DNA of 64,000 nt. It comes from Ruditapes philippinarum. Lineage: Eukaryota. The position numbers were made by a program, and so were the translations under genes. Shown here piece by piece: positions 24,901-36,825 of this stretch (within the stretch, counting starts at the first letter, position 1; every line of letters starts with the position of its first letter). The notes beneath the pieces were generated by a model. That model was not told where the DNA came from. It saw only the letters and a program-made list of their open reading frames with translations, and did no database searches. The stretch covers positions 186,001-250,000 of the forward strand of contig NW_026859790.1 in NCBI RefSeq assembly GCF_026571515.1, read 5' to 3'.

Positions 24901-27900
24901 ACTTGTAGAGCTTTGTTACTGAGAGGTTCGTTGTGACGACGACGTTTACTATCTGAAGATATCTCACTTTCATTCTTACGTTTAGCAGCTTTTACTGCCT
25001 CAGCTTTTGTTTTCTTGGCAATTTGATAATCTGCCATGGTTTTGTATTTTGGACCATTTGTATCAACTAGAGGTTTATGAAGAGTAGATTTAAGATAGCC
25101 ACCAGGTTGCATTAATACGCTTTCTGATTGGATGTCACTGCACTGAGGTTTTGTTAAAAATCTTGGAGTTGGAATTGTAAATGTTTGAGGCACAAATTGT
25201 TGAGGCACATTTTCCTTGTTATTTTGGGGAATGTCCATCATTCTAAGAACTGGTGGAGGCTGAATTGGTTGATGTTGAGGGGTTGATGTTTGTTTTTGTC
25301 GGAGATGTTTGCCGTTCCCATCTTGTAGCTGGATTACCGGAGATGCGTTCAAGTCTGAATTATATCCACTATCATGTTTGATGTTATTTGTAGATTTATT
25401 TATTGACTCCTCAAATGATGTTGTACAGTTATAGTTCATTGCTAGAGAATGGTTTGGTCTCGGAGGAGAATCGAGTTGGTTGAGCGAGTTGAGAGCCATC
25501 AGGTACTCTGGTGTTGAACATCGTGTAAACTCTAGACCGGCTGTGTTCAGGTTAGCTAGTGGATCATGGTGATCTATAAGTTGTTGAGGAGTGTCTGGTC
25601 TGTCGAGGAATGGTGTCTGGCTGGGTACAGGTCGATCCCACACATATTCTGGTTTCCATACTGGTGCCCCAATACAGTAGTTCCCGACATAGTTATGAAT
25701 GTTAACACTTTGATGATATGTGATAGTATTGGGGTAAACAAAGTCACATGATGGGTTGTAATGTGGCTGGTTAGTTGGATATTGATGAGGCACTACAGCT
25801 GGTTGAACACATGTAGATACTGGTTTGATAGCTGATACTGGTTGAATAGTGGCTGATACTGGCTGGATAGTGGCTGATACTGGCTGAACAGCTAATTCTG
25901 GCTTCTGATGGGCTGAAATAATAATTAATTAATTAGATATGTCAGTTTTTTATTTAAAAAAATCAATGCAAAGTAATATATTATTAGACTGTAACTATGA
26001 TCAACATAATTAATCTGTGTATTGTTGACATTGACAGACTGATGAAAATGCCTGATCATATAAACAGGCTTATGACATATTTCTAGAAAAATAATAAAGA
26101 GATTTTGTTTGTTTATTGAGCATAATATACATGTATAACAGAAATAATCAAATAATTCTTTTTACAACATAGTTTGTGTCACTGTGTATTTTTTTTTTCA
26201 ACTTTATAAAAAATCAGATGTAGGATGTTCACAGATGGCAAAATTTTAAATTTGATTTTATTTCAACACATGGCTAATGTGCCTTGGTAGCTGTGGATTG
26301 GTGTTCAAAACCATATCATTGCACATTGTGATCATAGCATATAAATGTATTCTAAAGTAAATTAAATACAGTTGTCAGGAATCTAGATATGTAAAAATAT
26401 ATGAGTATAGGTGATCACAACTTACCTTTATTATCATCAAGATGATCAAGATCATTATTGTCCTCTGATATAGGAGAGAATGTCCATGAACTAAAGCTCA
26501 CTGTACTAGATGGTCGACTCATATCTGCCCCACAATCTGTCACATCATTGTCTATAGATGAATATAGATCCTCTAGTGCTACTGAACTCAATTTACAATC
26601 AAATGTTAAATCACTCAGGTCCTCCATCTTAGATTATTGTATCAATAAATGGTGATAATTTATCTCGATATTTATTCACAAGTTCCTTTTAATGCACTGT
26701 CTATAATCTTTTCCTGAGGTGTTGTTAACATGTACACTTTGTTCTTTGTGTAAAGATATTTTGAATTTTTTCAGTGTCAAAGTTCATATTTAACTAGAAT
26801 TGGTAATTGTTAAAGTTCTTTCTATTGGTCAATTGTCCACAGTTCAATATTTTGATTGGATAATGGAGTTAGCTTGTATGAAAATTGAGTGATGTATGCA
26901 GTGATTCAATGAGGTGTGAAATACAGAACTGTGCACCTTATGATTGTTTGTAGATTGGGCTTGCAAACAGATTAGGAAAGTGTTTACTTAACTGTCAATC
27001 AGAAATCAATCATCCATTGACAGATTATCAATTAACTGTTTGGCCATTCATTACTCAATAGTGGGACACAATTCTATCATTTATTACTGATAGAATTATT
27101 TTTCCAGGTTGTGAAATTAAAATATAGTAAATTATAATTTTTTAAAGAAAAACAAATATATTTAGATTATTATTTTTTTTACATTTCATTTAGAAGATAT
27201 TATTATGTTGATCTATTTTTTAATTCAAAATTAATAAATCAATTTTTTATTTTTCTTTACTCCCATTTCTGAAAAAAAAATAGCCTCAGAAAGTATATGA
27301 TATTTTCATTTGACTTTGGAAAAACATTTGAAAAGTTAAAGTTGCTATTTCAAGACATACATACATATTTAATGATGCAAGTTGTTGCAGGTTCCTACCA
27401 GATTTACAGTTATGACCTTACTGTTTATCTAGCTGTAAATTACTTTGAGCATTGTATTGTTATAGCTCTTTATTAATATAAATTCCAGAAGAAAATTTAT
27501 TCCAAGGAGGGGGTTATCTAATAAATTATCTAAGGCTCCAGATCTTCATCCTGATTGCTTGCTTAAAGGCCCATTATGTCTAGAAGTGCTATATTTTTGA
27601 TCTTTTAAAAACTTTATCTTTTTGGTGTCTTGTTACAGTTTCCGAAAACATACTCATCAAGACTCATTTGCTAGAAACACAAACTATCATTTGCATCTTT
27701 AGTTCTGTTGGTAATCATTATAACTGTAGTTTATTATTATTTTGTATGGAAATCAAAATACTACATTGTTTACATTTTGCTACCTTAAAGACATAACTGC
27801 ACATTCAGTGCCACTTTTTTCCGCTTTTAAACATGTAACATGCTCTAAATTTGTTATTAAAACATTATTGAACGCATGTTTGCCATTTCTAAAGAATTTT

Positions 27901-30900
27901 ATACATATCGATTTCTAAGGCATAATGTGCCTTTAAGACATATATAGCCTGTATACATGTATATATATTTATATTTTACAGCGAGTTCAAATTTTATGGG
28001 TCATGATGAAATGGCATTGCCGACAGGTTGGTCAGTGGACTGGACATTCCGAGGTCGCAAGTATTACATTGACCACAATACACAGACAACACATTGGAGT
28101 CATCCTCTAGAGAAGGAAAATCTACCAACAGGCTGGCATAGGATAGAATCAAAGGAGTATGGTGTTTATTATGTGAAGTAAGTATACAATATGCGCTTAT
28201 TTTCCAACTTTTCAGGATTTTAAAGTAGACTTTCAAATAAAAGTGAAGTACTTTCATGTACCTTTATTTTTCCCTTTTATTAGTAGCACTTTATAATCAT
28301 ATGTAGCATTTTAAAATGACCTATACTGTGTTGGTGTGCCGTAAAAACAATGAAACAGACAAGAGATCAGTTTTTAGACCAAGTAATTTTTAAAGTTCAA
28401 GAAAACTAGTGAGAGTAGAAATGTCAGTTAAGTAAATAATCCTTTTTCTGCTGCATTTCTTATATACCGTAGACTTTACGTAAACTGTCCATATCAGTTC
28501 CAGGAATATCAAGATGTTTAGAATAGCACTGCGTATTTGTAATTTTACTAATATACTATCTGTTAGATTGACCTTGGCAATTCTTATACCCATTCAATAT
28601 TTTTACAGTGTTTATCTGAAATAAAAATGTTTAGCTTTAATTTAATCTTACTTATTTGTAAAACAGTACAATGTACAAAATTTTGAGTTATTTTGTTTGT
28701 ATATAAAAGACGGATTTATTATAAGATATTTTGTAGAGGTTTGTGATATATAAATGTTTAAAATCATTACAGTCACTACACAAAGCAAGCACAATATGCT
28801 CATCCATGTTCTACTGTGATGTCATATCAATATGGTCACCATAGCAACCAGTTACCAGTTACATCACAAGCTCAGCCACGTGGGAACCTGGTACCTGCCA
28901 ACCCCTATCTCAATACAGGTTTGTATATATTAGTAATAAATCATGGTAACAGAAACTGTAAGTTATATTTCCAGTGTATATGTAGGGCTCAACACAACAT
29001 TCCTTAGTCATGATAGGTTTACAGTGAACCCTTTAATTGTGAATTAAGTTTACAGCATATATGTTATTCAAAACAGATCTTTAGATCCAGTAACACATGT
29101 AACTTGATTTGATATTCATTCAGTAGAATTTGGTTCAGTACAATTTGATGAGCCTTGCCCCCTCACTACTGTGGGTTCTAACAGGAACTTGGATGTGAGG
29201 AAGCTATCCAGGTAGCTTACAGAATGCTGGTGATTCTACTCAGGTATATTTATAATGCACAGATGAGCATCTGAGGTAAAGCTGGAAAGTTGACATATGA
29301 ACTATACTGTGTTGGTGGGACATAAAACCCAACAAACAAACAAAAATGTATCAATGAAACTGTATATTAAGATGCTTTATTTGATTATTATAAATATTAT
29401 GCCATATAAGTATATGCCACGAGGGTAAACCTCCTGACGACACCTTAGAAAATTACTGTTATCCATATGTTTGGTTTCTGGTAGGGAAGGGAAGTAATTC
29501 TTCATAGACTCTTATATACTAGAATATAGAGTTATACCCCTTGAAGAAAATTTTGATGTATTTTTCCTGTTATGTGATTCATCTGTTGTTTAAATTTATT
29601 GACAGAGATTCCAGAATGGTTAAGAGTTTACTCAAAAGCACCTCCAGAGCATGACCACAAGTTGAAGGTATATTGTTTATATGATTGATTAGTGTTTATA
29701 GAAGTTAAAATTCAGACACAATACAATTATATAAGTTATACTATCACAGAAAGTTTAGGAAAGAAGAGAAATATTTTATCAGCTCATTATTACCTCATCT
29801 TTTCAAAGACAAAGTAGAACTATTGTCATGACCAACTCAGCAGCATCCAGCACTGAGAAAAGTGGGGCCCACTGCTCCTTGGACAACTCTTGTTCATATG
29901 AAATGTAACTTCTTCTAAATAGTTATATTACTCTGTAACTCTGCTATTAATTGTTGGTGGTTGTAAGAAAGGCAAAGTTCATGCTAACAATAACTAATTG
30001 TGGTAAATACAATGTTCTCATTTCAGTGGGATTTGTTCCAGTTAAATCAGATGGAAACGTTTGATGCAATGTTGAATCGTTTATGTAAACAAGAACTAGA
30101 AAAGATTGTGATGAGTTATGAAAGATATCGAACTGCTTTAAATCGTGAACTTGAACGACGGAGACAAGAAATGCCAAAAGATGATGCTGATAATCAGTCC
30201 AGAACAAACAATGAAAAGGACAGACAGACACCTGTCACTAGTGGTGCAGTGCAAGTGTCAAGGTCAAATTCTTCAGCTAGTGTCAAAAGTCAAGGTCAGG
30301 CTTTACGTGATCAAACTGTGCAATCTAGTGAGAGTGGTCTGTTCCAACATGATCAAGGTACTATGTATGAGAATGAGAATATTTTACAGATGCAGAGACA
30401 ACTTCAACAACAACAACAAGAGTTAGCCAAGCAACGACTGTTGGCACAAATGCAAGAACAACAGCAGTTGCAACAGCAGCAACAACATTTACAACAACAG
30501 CAACAACAAATGCCTAGTCAGGAGCAGCAGCTGCACTATCAGTATATGTTGCTACGGCAACAACATTTACAACAGTTACAACAACAACAACAGCAGCAGC
30601 AACAACAACAACAGATTTCTCCTCTCCACCAGCAATATCAACAACAACAAGCAGCTTATCAGCACCTGCTGCAACAACATCACTATCAACAACTCCAACA
30701 GTTATATCAACAACAACAACAACAACAGCAGCCTAGTCAGGCCCAGTATGTTGTTTCTCATCCAAATATTTTGATGACACAAGGTCAAATGGTATCTAAA
30801 GCACCGGTTCTCGTCTCACAACAGTCTAACACACAAGTGTCTGGTAACCAGCAGATGTTTTATCAAATGTCAGGCCAACAACAAATGCAGTCCCAGCAAG

Positions 30901-31076
30901 TTGGTGCTCAACAACAATTACAAGGTCAAGGACTTTTGTCTCAACTACAAGGTCAGGGTCAGCAGATGTTACAGTTGTCAGGACAACAAGTTCAGTTAAC
31001 TCCTCAACAACAGCAACAACTTACACCAGAACAACAACAACAACTGTTAGCACAAAATATAGAAACAAAAGTTTAG
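18988..31076 (+). CDS. SAV1: Protein salvador homolog (Hippo pathway scaffold; 2 WW + SARAH) with long Q-rich C-terminal extension, ~787 aa
   Basis: Exons 18988-19075, 19874-20509, 21976-22161, 27982-28177, 28773-28918, 29606-29667, 30027-31076 are phase-consistent. N-terminus MLSKKK...[13 protein letters not shown]; WW1 [32 protein letters not shown]; WW2; [22 protein letters not shown]; SARAH KWDLFQL...[23 protein letters not shown]. Confidence 0.95.
20728..21725 (+). mobile_element. Helentron/HINE (DINE-1-like) non-autonomous element with ~5.6 internal 145-bp tandem repeats
   Basis: 5' tttt-atacccc...ggggtat hairpin, (gtcc)n microsatellite, units at 20951/21096/21241/21386/21531, 3' ggggtat plus gcca..tggc hairpin plus ctagtt. 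Confidence 0.85.
22961..23433 (+). mobile_element. HINE-like element, short copy of the 164-bp-repeat family
   Basis: Shares its 5' end (tttttagctcgactattcgataagaataagtagagctattgtagtcacccgag) and 3' hairpin (gctgtcctactgacagctcttgtt) with 40175-41460. Confidence 0.85.
24081..24171 (-). promoter_or_regulatory. Putative polyA signal with adjacent CPE and two Pumilio elements in the homeobox gene 3' UTR
   Basis: Minus strand: TGTAAATA (24171-24164), TGTATATA (24162-24155), then TTTTTAT-AATAAA (24093-24081). Confidence 0.5.
24612..26627 (-). CDS. TALE-class homeobox transcription factor, spiralian-specific (SPILE-like) type, 500 aa, 2 exons, nested antisense in SAV1 intron
   Basis: Exon 1 26627-26426 (donor gtaagt) and exon 2 25912-24612 (acceptor tttcag) join in frame (1503 nt). 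Homeodomain at ~24757-24945: [63 protein letters not shown], with the TALE loop and PYP. No MEIS/PBC/IRO-box motif recognised. Confidence 0.88.
26760..26960 (-). promoter_or_regulatory. Putative promoter of the nested homeobox gene with clustered CCAAT boxes
   Basis: ATTGG on + (CCAAT on -) at 26799, 26824, 26855 and 26954, 170-330 bp upstream of the ATG. Confidence 0.5.
29150..29345 (+). mobile_element. MetaSINE-like SINE, truncated and degenerate
   Basis: tgtgaggaagctatccaggtagcttac...ggtgattctactcagg...aaagctggaaagttgacatatga...taaaacccaacaaac. Confidence 0.75.
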
Positions 31077-31518
31077 CCAGTGTTTACTTTAAGTCATAAT
31101 ATTTATGATTTATGAGGATATTTTTCTTCAGATTGTTCTTATTATATTATTGTTTGTTTTCAAAATTATTTCAAATGGTGACTAAGTTTTTTTTAGAAAA
31201 AAAAAAAGAATTTATTTTTGTAAGGAGACACCTAAAAGAATCTACAATGTAAACTTGTAAAAAAACATTTAAATTGCATGTAAATCATCATCTAAACTCT
31301 AGAAATAAGTGCAATTAAAACAACAAAAAAGACATCCATAATCATGTTCAGATATTTAAGTCTTATGAAAGTCATATGTCATAGTCATTGTTTAATTTAT
31401 CTGGTAATTCACAGTGCACTTTACTTTGTAAGGAATTTAGGATATATTTTTCTATAACCATAATTTTTCATGTCATATTCAGCTATTCATGCACATTATT
31501 CTTAGTAATAAGGTTCTA

Positions 31519-31628
31519 AAACGATGTTTAAACAGCAACAACACATACAGTTTTTCAAAATATTATTATTTTGTTATCAACGCGTTTCGGTGAACAACAC
31601 CTTCATCGGGATAATAATGAATAATTTT
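31519..31628 (-). mobile_element. 110-bp Penelope-like (pseudo-LTR) fragment flanked by a 13-bp target-site duplication
   Basis: taataaggttcta at 31506-31518 and again at 31629-31641; the insert carries a minimal hammerhead motif. Confidence 0.7.
31571..31617 (-). ncRNA. Minimal type I hammerhead ribozyme-like motif (U4C variant)
   Basis: Minus strand: TTATTATC-CCGATGA-A-GGTG ttgtt CACC-GAAA-C GC G-TT^GATAACAA. Stem I 7/8 paired, stem II 4 bp, palindromic ACGCGT stem III. Confidence 0.7.
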
Positions 31629-31780
31629 TAATAAGGTTCTAGTAAAGAATAGTTTATAGTAAAACTTTTGATGTCTAAAGAAAGAACATTTTTGTCTTGT
31701 AGTTTTTGTGATTATTTGATATACTTTTTTTACTAGAAAGTAGTCTGGGATTTCTTTTGTGATTATGAACTATATATACA

Positions 31781-31981
31781 GTGCCTATACCACATGACAT
31801 TTTGTGATCTGCATGGGCCAGAAAACTGGTACAAAAATCAGTCCAGTGACACTCAAAACTTTATCTTATAAATCATAATAAAATTTTAACAAAAGTTATT
31901 GAGGGAAATAAATGCTGGACTAACTTTACTATTGGTTTTCGGCCCCACACAAATCATATAAAGTTATTTGGTATAGGTACC
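31781..31981. mobile_element. Degenerate MITE with long imperfect inverted arms
   Basis: gtgcctatacca...gggccagaaaac versus gttttcggcccc...tggtataggtac. Confidence 0.6.
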
Positions 31982-32315
31982 ATGTTTAATAAAGGGAGAC
32001 TACCTGTGTTGGCATATAAGCTTCCATTGACATATCTATAGGCTAGTACCTTGCTATATTGATTTATCTCCCTTTAGACATACCAGTTTTCATTCTAGGA
32101 ATTATTTGATAAAATCAACGTAATACATTCATCTATAAAACATGATTTAAAGTATGAAAATTAAATAAAACATCAACTGTATCCAGTCAATAGTTTATAA
32201 TTTACCTTTATGATGATTTTCTTCAAAACTTCAAGATGATGAATTTACTGATAATCCATTTCAACATTTCAAAGGTAATAAAAAAGAGAACAATTATGTA
32301 AATAATTAAAATGTT

Positions 32316-33810
32316 TTTTGCCGGCTCGCCACGGCGAGCCGGTATTACGGTAGGATTTTACTGAGAAACAACCTAAAACTCCGAAGCTATCCAAAAATTT
32401 AATCGAAGCTTGGCTTCCAGCTTTCTACAAAATTTATCTATCAGGGCTAGGACCCAAAATTATTTAGCCAATCAAATTTAATCTTACATAGCGTCAAAAA
32501 ACCTTCAATTTTCACGCCATTTTTAAAAATCAGCAAGTATTGTTTTGAGCGCAAAGATATAATGATGATTAAAATGTTTGTCTTTATGAATTCTTTTCAA
32601 TAAATCATATTTACACTGACTTCTGATTTAGCGATTTCACCTGTTTTCTCTGTAGTAAGTTTTCGTTTGGTTAATTAACATAAGAGTACATCTGGTTCTG
32701 TGCATTTTTTATTTTCCTTTTTTCCGGTCATTTTATCCTTTCCGGTATTTAGTGTATGTATTTACTGGCCGGGATCCGGGACGCCCGGGATCCGGGATCG
32801 TATAAGATATGGAGGAAAAACCTAATGAACTATATTTGTGTTGATTGTTGTCGTAATGAAAGGCCATTAAACGTTATTTTTTTTATTGTATATAATGAAC
32901 GTTAAATTTATTTAACTTAGAATATAGATATATTTAGAGCTATTTATTTACAAACTTAAAATGCGGGAATCACAATACTTATAATTATATGCCTAATTAA
33001 TTGGAAAAATCAAAGACTATTTTCTTGAATTGGTCAAATCCCGGGATCCCAATATGTTTTAAAACGATCCCAGCTTTTCTGAAAACTATATACTTGAACT
33101 GGCCACCGTGAGATCTATTTACATTTTAATACGATCCCGGCTTTTCTGAAAACTATATTCTTGAACTGGTCAATTCCCGGGATCCCTATATGTTTTAATA
33201 GGATCCCGGCTTATCTGAAAAACATCTTCTTAGACTGGTCAATTTCCGGGATCCCTATATTTTTTAATAGGATCCCGGCTTTTCTGGCTGAATTGATTGA
33301 CAACTTGTGTTTACTTTAGGACTTGTGCCTCTCATTCCAATACTAAATAACATACATGTATTACAACTTAATTTTGTATAAAGAGACATCTTTATGAAAT
33401 CTACCTATCTAACATTTTGTGGTCAAGGTCAACAGGCCATATAGTAAATGTGCATAGACATAGGTTCTTCATTCAATCTGTTTACATGCACCTTCATATA
33501 TACTCATACTCATCTTGGTTAAACTGAAAGAACTTTATATGTCACTTTCAGTCAATGAGTTTAAGATTTTGAATTTACTGGCCCGAATTCCAGTTTTGAA
33601 TTTATTCTACTAAATAATTAACAAAATTTTCTTAAATTTTTAAATTTACACTGGCCTGAACTTATATACACTGGCCATCGGGCACCGGGCCAGTGTTGAC
33701 GTCACTTTTATTTTGATGTTCGCTGAAGTCTCTTCAGCTAACAGAACTGTCATTTTTACATTTAAACACACCCCTTGAAAAAAATTACGAAGCGAGTCGC
33801 TACTAGCTTT
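32316..33810. mobile_element. CpG-rich DNA-transposon remnant(s) with a terminal hairpin and GGATCCCGG-rich internal repeats
   Basis: Hairpin ccggctcgcc-ac-ggcgagccgg at 32321-32342; degenerate tandem repeats at ~33025-33290; actggcc motif cluster at 33577-33695. Confidence 0.45.
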
Positions 33811-36586
33811 TTTAAAAGCTAACCTTGTTAACATTTTATTTTAATGAAATGAAAGATTTCTCAAGTTGAATAACACTTTGAGGTTTTCTGACAGGATGGG
33901 TTTTTAGTGGGTGGGGGGAGTGCTCAGCATAACGTTTACATGTAGTTATATTTTTGTGTACAGTAACTTAGATTAAGTTAGATATGTTGAAAGTTTGAAG
34001 AATGTTGGGAGAGAACCATTGATCTCATTTTGTATCTATTACTGATTATGTTATAACTGATGATGACATTTTATAATTATTATTATTATTATTTTAGTGC
34101 TTTTTTCAATTTGAATTTTTCTCTTTTGAATTTGTTCTTTTCACTGTGAAATGGTGTCTTCGTGTTGTGAGAATATATTATAACAGTATATAAATGAAGG
34201 GGATATTGTTAGATGAGATTCATACTAAGATGGCATGTACTTCTATAACTTTAGCTATCTTGGTAACATACATCAGCAGTGGGTTAATAGGCAATATTTA
34301 TAGGGTCAATAAACAGTTAATTAATTCTGTAGAATGTCAACTTGATGATACTTGGTTTTACATTATGATATGAAATTTGAATAATCTTATGTCAGGCTTT
34401 ACAAACAAATACAATTTTTACAGCCACCATTGTTACACATGGAACAAAATAATGGGAAAAAAGAGCTACACATCTAACACTTTGGGTAATATTCACTATT
34501 TTTACATGACATTTGTGATAAACCTAATTGTCATTTGTTTTTGTTTCTATATTAGATATATTCATCAAGTCAGAAGATTTGTTCTTATATTTCTTATGAC
34601 TGACAAGACTTTAAATAAGTATGGAAACAGGGTAGAATAAAATATTTAATCAAGGTGACAGTGAACTGGGAACATATTTCCAGCCTTGTATTTCGTTTCA
34701 ACAAGGTATGGGGACTATTTATTGTTGGTATATCCCAGATATGTAACTTATTATTGAACTCTCTGACAGCTTGTGGCAATACTTTCAGTGCTGTATCAAT
34801 AATATACTGTCATGCCAGCCTTTATATCTGTACAGTATATAAATATTGTATGATTGTAAGGTGAATATCAAAGTCTGTAAACTTGGCTAATATGATATTC
34901 ACCGAGGCTTGTAGACTGAAGCTGGCCATTTAAATGACTGTACACTTTTCTTCACTTGAGATACATGTATTTAGTATTTATGAAGAGAAAGTGAGTAGAC
35001 AGTCATGACTAACTTGGCAGTACAACATTAACTAGTGTTCACATTTCTATCTCCATGACAACTGTAGAATAATACATGTCATTTACCATTGTTACAGAGT
35101 TATTTAAATGAGTCTTTTTTGTCCACTAGCATACTTTTACAATATACATACATACATAATGTAGTCATGAACTAGGAAATTTTAAGAATTTGTCAGTTAA
35201 GTTTTTTTATTGTTAATATATATTTGTACTTTTACACTATGTTTGCATTAGATTATGATTAAATCAGAGACCTAATCATTTAATAAGTTAAAACCCTTAA
35301 AATTATTCATTTAACTACAATCCTTAGTTTCCTTAGTTACTACCTAACATATATATCTTTATTGACATGCCCAGTACATGTCATTTCACGTCTGCTGCAT
35401 GTTAAGTATGGCCTTTTTTTCCCTAATCAACAACCTCCTCAGTTTCATCCATTAAATCTTGTGATCAAGGTCATGGTATTAATCGATAGGTCAAGGTCAT
35501 TTCACTTAAAGACATATTTTTTTGTTGTGATACAAAGATTGTATTTAAAGGCAAGTCCTTATGTTAGATGAATCATCATGTTCATTTAAAATTGACATCA
35601 CTTTAGGAAAGCCATGTTATTGATATTTTCATTATGAATGACACAATGCCATCAGTGTTCAAATTGTGCCATTTTATTATATTTTACAGTATTCTCTTAT
35701 TTATATTTGTATCTGCCATATTATAGTATATACACTGCTGTTAGAACAGTTAACAACGAAAGTTTTTTATTATTTAAAAACGTCAATGGAAATAAGAATG
35801 AATATGAAAATAATGTTGACTATCAAAATATCAGAATATATTTTTATTGTTATTAGGTCTTAAGAAAATATGTAGACATTTTATATATTGAATATTCTGG
35901 ACATCATTGTTACAGATAAATTGTTGATTATTGTAGTATATTTGTCATAAATCTATGCAAGGTTTCGGTTAATCTGTGATAAAATATGTAACAGTATAAT
36001 GACAGTTCTAGACTTGACTTGGTTATGTCTGCAGATATTTTGTGATCACCATGGAAACAAAAAGACAGTATGGTATATATTAGATGTGTGATATAAGTGT
36101 AGAATTTAAACAAACATCTAGTATTAGTTACAAACATTTCATAGGATAAAATATTTTGTGTTTAAGAAACGCAAGGATTATCTGTTACGTATGTTATATT
36201 TTTAGACTCATGAATTTTTAGATACAGGATTTTTATGTTAATACCAAACCATAATATAACCTCAAAATTCAGTGTAACAAATTTATAGAACGGCACATTT
36301 TCTATAATAATATCAGAAATTGACAGCAGCTGTGTATATATATTATATGAACATTGTGATTATCCAATTAAAATTGATGTTACAAATGTACAGTATTATA
36401 AAAGTCTATGTACAATATAAATTGTTCTATAGTTTTACATAAAGGGCGGCTGAACTGTGCTCTGGTAAATTCTATGTCATTTGTGGCTTACTGATCCAGA
36501 GTGAAAATTACCAACACCACCTACATAAAGGTCATATGAAAGAAAATAATTCCTCTCATGAGGCACTTGGATTCAGAATTAGTTAA

Positions 36587-36825
36587 ATGAGCCACACCAT
36601 GACAAAACCAACATAATGGGTTTGCGACAAGCATGGATCCAGAACAGCCTGCGCATCTGCGCAGTCTGATCAGGATCCATGCTATTCGCTTACAAACCCT
36701 ATTACAAGTGGAGAAACTGATAGCGAACAGCATGGATCCTGATCAGACTGCGCAGATGCGCAGGCTGGTCTGAATCCATGCTGGTGGCAAACCCATTATG
36801 TTGGTTTTGTCATGGCGTGGCTCAA
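36587..36825. mobile_element. Palindromic MITE (ATGAGCC...GGCTCAT family), copy 1
   Basis: ~100-bp inverted arms atgagcc..catgacaaaaccaacataatg / cattatgttggttttgtcatggcgtggctca; 4 copies in the window. Confidence 0.9.
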
